NCBI GenBank assembly: GCA_002269645.1
Contig: NIVC01000142.1
Coordinates: 62,001 to 126,000 of the forward strand
Reading direction: 5' to 3'
Origin: Macrostomum lignano
Lineage: Eukaryota
DNA: 64,000 nucleotides
The notes beneath the pieces were generated by a model. It searched no databases. It saw only the letters and a list, made by a program, of their open reading frames with translations, and was not told where the DNA came from. Below, piece after piece: positions 51,311-64,000 of the stretch; the stretch's first letter is position 1; the number at the start of each line of letters is the position of its first letter. The position numbers were made by a program, and so were the translations under genes.

Positions 51311-52014
51311 CAGTGAGACTAGATGCAATGAAATCTCTCTACAATAAAACTCTGGACTGTCCGATCGTAGCTATATTCAAACAACAAAACAAGCACAAAA
51401 TTAAAATGTCAACACAATCAAAACGAAAGAAATTTTTAAAAAACAATTTTTCTATAGCAATCACGAAAACCCAAAGCCTGTGTGTGTTTCTGTGCGGCCT
51501 AAGTTCGCGTGAACTACTAAATAGACTGGGTAGCCGGGCTCGAGCTGTTGCAAAATAATTGCATCCGAGAGAATATTCCATTCTCTAATTGCCCCGGCCC
51601 CAACCCCCCCAACCGCGGCGATGCCGGCCTTAATTGGACGAGAAAGTCATCTCTCCCTTCTTAGTCTTCGATGCCCCAGAGCTGCCAGAGCTTCCAGAGC
51701 AGCGAAGCATCCGTAGAAACAGTCAGGCGGAGACGCAGAGAGAGAAAGAGAGAGAGGAGAAAAAATCCGAAGTCTCACGAAAATCGAGTTAATTGCAAGG
51801 CTCCGATGGGTTGTTGGGCCAAATTCAATCCCAGTTGCGCACTATAAACTTTTTTCTGCATAAAGCTGGCCCTGAATGTCGGCGAGCGGGTGACGCAACC
51901 CCGAGCTGTGCGAGCGCTCTCGGCTCCACTCCTTCTATGCTTGTAGTGTAGTTGGCATTCGCACGTGCCATCCTGACACACCCGACCTTGCAACCTCTCA
52001 CAACATCTCTCCCC

Positions 52015-52940
52015 ATGTCTCACCCTGTCTCACCCTGTCTCGCCCTGTCTCACCTAATCTCACCCTGTCTCACCCTGTCTCACCCTGCCTCACCCTGCCT
52101 CACCCTGTCTCACCCTGCCTCACCCTGTCTCACCCTGTCTCACCCTGTCTCACCCTGTCTCGCCCTGTCTTACCTAATCTCACCCTGTCTCACCCTGTCT
52201 CACCCTGTATCACCCTATCTCACCCTGTCTCACCCTGTCTCACCCTGCCTCACCCTGTCTCACCCTGTCTCACCCTGTCTCACCCTGCCTCACCCTGTCT
52301 CACCCTGCCTCACCCTGTCTCACCCTGTCTCACCCTGTCTCACTCTGTCTCACCCTGTCTCACCCTGTCTCGCCCTGTCTCACCTAATCTCACCCTGTCT
52401 CACCCTGTCTCACCCTGTCTCACCCTGTCTCGCCCTGTCTCACCTAATCTCACCCTGTCTCACCCTGTCTCACCCTGTCTCACCCTATCTCATCCTGTCT
52501 CGCCCTGTCTCACCTAATCTCACCCTGTCTCACCCTGTCTCACCCTGTCTCACCCTATCTCAGCCTATCTCACCCTGTCTCACCCTGTCTCACCCTGCCT
52601 CACCCTGTCTCACCCTGCCTCACCCTGTCTCACCCTGTCTCACCCTATCTCACCCTGTCTCACCGAATCTCACCCTGTCTCACCCTATCTCACCCTGTCT
52701 CACCCTGCCTCACCCTGTCTCACCTAATCTCACCCTATCTCACCCTGTCTCACCGAATCTCACCCTGTCTCACCGAATCTCACCCTGTCTCACCCTGTCT
52801 CACCGAATCTCACCCTGTCTCACCGAATCTCACCCTGTCTCACCCTGTCTTACTTTGTCTCACCCTGTGTAGTGTCATCTTGTCTCACTCTCTCCTAGCC
52901 TATCTCACTCTATCTCAACCTGTCTCATCCTCTCTCCTAC
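52015..52940. repeat. 10-bp repeat (CACCCTGTCT)n
   Basis: Direct inspection; reverse complement of 51110-51310. Confidence 0.95.
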
Positions 52941-53330
52941 TCTTATCTCACCGCTTCCAACCCTGTCTCTGAATCTCGCCATTCGGGCGCCACTGATTCA
53001 CACCTCACTCTCCGGCAAACCAAGCCTGTGTTTCCTTCTCTTCACCCTCTTTTGCCGGTGCGTCACTCTAAAAAATTCTGGCGAAAACCCATTTCCAGTT
53101 CCCTCTCTCCATTTTGATCTTCAGTGGTAATTTTTTAAGCCAGCTTCTCCTCTTAGGTGTTAAATTGTTCCCCATATTTAATCAATAGAATTTGAGAGCT
53201 CTCCAATTGCTAACACTGACAACTGGCAACTGACAGCCATTGAACTGTCAAATTGGGCCGCTCCCCCGCAATGAACACGACTTTTCGATTTGAATTTCTG
53301 TGTTAATTAACAAAGCGATTTGAAACTCAC

Positions 53331-53720
53331 CTGAGCTCTGGGGTAGACCGGACTGTAGCCTTATCTCTCTCTCTCTATAGATAGAATTATTTTCTGCTAA
53401 TTTCGATTAGCCGATCAATTCCCAGAGGAGCTCCGGTTGAGTCATCAGCGAGAGCCGGCCAGCGAGTTGCTGGTGCACACAGACAGGCAGGCAGTTAGTT
53501 TGACTTGGCGGCCTGTAGGTAAAGCTTGGATCAGCCCGCCTGATTGATTGCCGCGGTCTCGGCGAGTGCGCGGGAGCAGCGTTGATAGCGGAGTAGCCCG
53601 GCGCGCAGTTGGCAGTTGGCAATTGGATGTTGAATGTGAAATGAGGAAGTTGATAAATTGAAGTGAATCGCTACTGTGCTGGCTTTCCTGCGCTTTCTGC
53701 GAGTTGAGAACTTCTCAATC
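53331..53720 (-). other. Possible non-coding first exon of Gene A
   Basis: Strong donor CTCAG|GTGAGT at 53331. GC-rich unique sequence between the Gene B 3' end and the Gene A ATG. Candidate acceptor TTCCAGCAG near 46744. Confidence 0.35.
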
Positions 53721-53956
53721 ACCTTGACCAGGATCTCGCTTTCTCTGTCTCAAGCCAAACTTCTCTGGTAAATGAAGCCCGGGATTCCCACTCTACAGCT
53801 ACAACTGTTCTGCGCCGCCTTTCAAGGCCAAAAAGCAAATTTGGGAAAGAAATTGCCGGCCTGGGATTGGTTGATGAGCTGGCTGACTGTGGATTGGCTC
53901 AGGGTGTCATGAGGCTGATAGACTGAGGCAACTTGCCTAAAATTGCATACTAGCTT

Positions 53957-54192
<236 letters not shown>

Positions 54193-54806
54193 GCAAAACG
54201 GATCAGACACGAGTCACAAGTACGCAAGCCCTGAACTGCAGCCCCAGCTTGGTCATATTGCTGTTTTCACAGACAACAAGCAGGCAAGGATTTCATTCAA
54301 AAGCTCCGCAAAGTTTCCAATTTCATTGCATAAAATTTTACAGCTAGCAATGCCGTTAAACAAGAGTGCGGCTTCTTCGAAGCTGATCCCTATAGCTGTA
54401 AATCATGGAGCCGCCCCTTGTTCGCGGCCACCCAAGGCCTTAAGCAAAGTTCCGGCGAAATTCCAGCTGCTCCTGTCTCTGCAGTGTTTTTCTGGATGGA
54501 TTTGTCTATGGCCGAACCCCACTGTCAGGAAGTGACAGCTATTTTATCAGTTAAATTTTCTGTGTATACTACTAAACTCAATAAAATTCACTACGCAAGA
54601 CTATAAGTAATGTAATTCGAACAGAACTATCAATTCTTTAAAAAATAAACGAATCAATAGGAAAGTCAATCATGATTTTTTGTTTCGATTTTCAAGTCAA
54701 ATTTGTGGGATATTCTCCACAAAAGAAATTTGCGAGAAAAAGGTTCAATGACTTTTATATTTCTGTTTTATAAAAACCCATGGTCAGAGCAGTGTGTGCG
54801 CTCAGT

Positions 54807-54812
54807 TTTATT
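54807..54812 (-). terminator. Candidate AATAAA signal for Gene B
   Basis: TTTATT on + strand in an AT-rich region about 1 kb past the stop. Confidence 0.25.
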
Positions 54813-55304
54813 AGAAAACTACAATAAAAAAGTCTATTAGTACATCCATAAGATAGCATTAGCTACTTATAGTAATTATTAACGAGAATGAAAAACAACG
54901 AAAATTCAAAACATTAATTACGCAGGTTGAGTGCAAGGTCAATTAAATCTTGTTGCCATTTGCTAATCTGTGGAAGAGGTTCAAACATGGATTAATGATA
55001 ATACATTAATCCGTTTTTATACTAAATGTAAAATATAGAGGTCTGGTATCGCACACGCTACTACCAGTAATATTGCACAAGACTGTTGAATGCGCTGAGT
55101 CAGTGTGGATAGATAGAAAATGGACAGAGAAAAAACCAGAGCGGGCCAGATAGGCCAGGCAGATATGTTCGGGAAGTATCTTAGTTAGACTCTCGCGGCA
55201 GAAGATTGCTGCTCAACTCTGCTGGACAAATAAAGTTTACATTTTTACAAGGCTTTACTGGGCGCTAAGAAATGCAGCATTGTTGTATCTTGTACTGTTT
55301 ACGA

Positions 55305-55750
55305 GTCAGACATGGGTCCGGTCGCGTGGGTCAGGCATGGGTCAGGTCGCGTGGGTCAGACATGGGTCAGGTCGCGTGGGTCAAGATGTGGGTCAGGTCG
55401 CCTGGGTCAGAAGACATGGGTCAGGTTGCGTGGGTCTGACATGGGTCAGGTCGCTTGGGTCAGACATGGGTCAGGTCGCTTGGGTCAGACATGGGTCAGG
55501 TCGCGTGGGTCAGACATGGGTCAGGTTGTGTGAGTAAGACATGGGTCAGGTCGCGTGGGTCAGACATGGGTCAGGTTGTGTGAGTAAGACATGGGTCAGG
55601 TCGCTTGGGTCTGACATGGGTCAGGTCGCGTGGGTCAGGTCGCGTGGGTCAGACATGGGTCAGGTTGTGTGAGTAAGACATGGGTCAGGTCGCTTGGGTC
55701 AGACATGGGTCAGGTCGCGTGGATCAGACATGGGTCAGGTTGCGTGGGTC
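55305..55750. repeat. 25-bp repeat (GGGTCAGGTCGCGTGGGTCAGACAT) just 3' of the Gene B stop
   Basis: Direct inspection. Confidence 0.92.
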
Positions 55751-55810
55751 CGTCTAGACAAGTCGGGGGGGGGGGCTTCGCGGGTCCGGACAGTTCTCAG
55801 GTTGAGAGGC

Positions 55811-63938
<8,128 letters not shown>

Positions 63939-64000
63939 CTGTGGGATTGGTCAAGACAAAGTGGCTCTAGTGAGAGAAGAAAAATCAAGCACAATAAGCC

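Noticed and set aside
54989-55012. 9-bp hairpin GGATTAATG-ATAATA-CATTAATCC
   Set aside because: Expected by chance in AT-rich DNA; no Helitron or RNA-family context

Overview
Eukaryotic (animal) genomic DNA with GC-rich exons and introns filled by many unrelated tandem repeats. This style resembles the free-living flatworm Macrostomum; the taxon is an inference only. Genes, all on the minus strand: (1) a complete 13-coding-exon Ig-superfamily receptor gene, CDS 46612->7406 (3387 nt, 1128 aa: signal peptide, 7 Ig, 2 FN3-type, TM, tail ending KRIVYEVVV), with echinoid/friend-of-echinoid architecture; (2) the 3' part of a tandem paralog (63938->55811, tail ending RKVIYEVVV) that has an apparent 1-bp frameshift; (3) an intronless secreted acidic mucin-like protein (5906->4014) with three 4-Cys modules and about 35 11-aa repeats. 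There are also three tRNA-derived SINE copies (one CORE/MIR-type, two of another family, one with its B-box amplified into about 29 tandem copies) and about 45 micro/minisatellite arrays. Most long ORFs in the supplied track are translations of tandem repeats. Exon structures were assembled by hand from GT/AG sites and phase continuity. Repeat boundaries are approximate.
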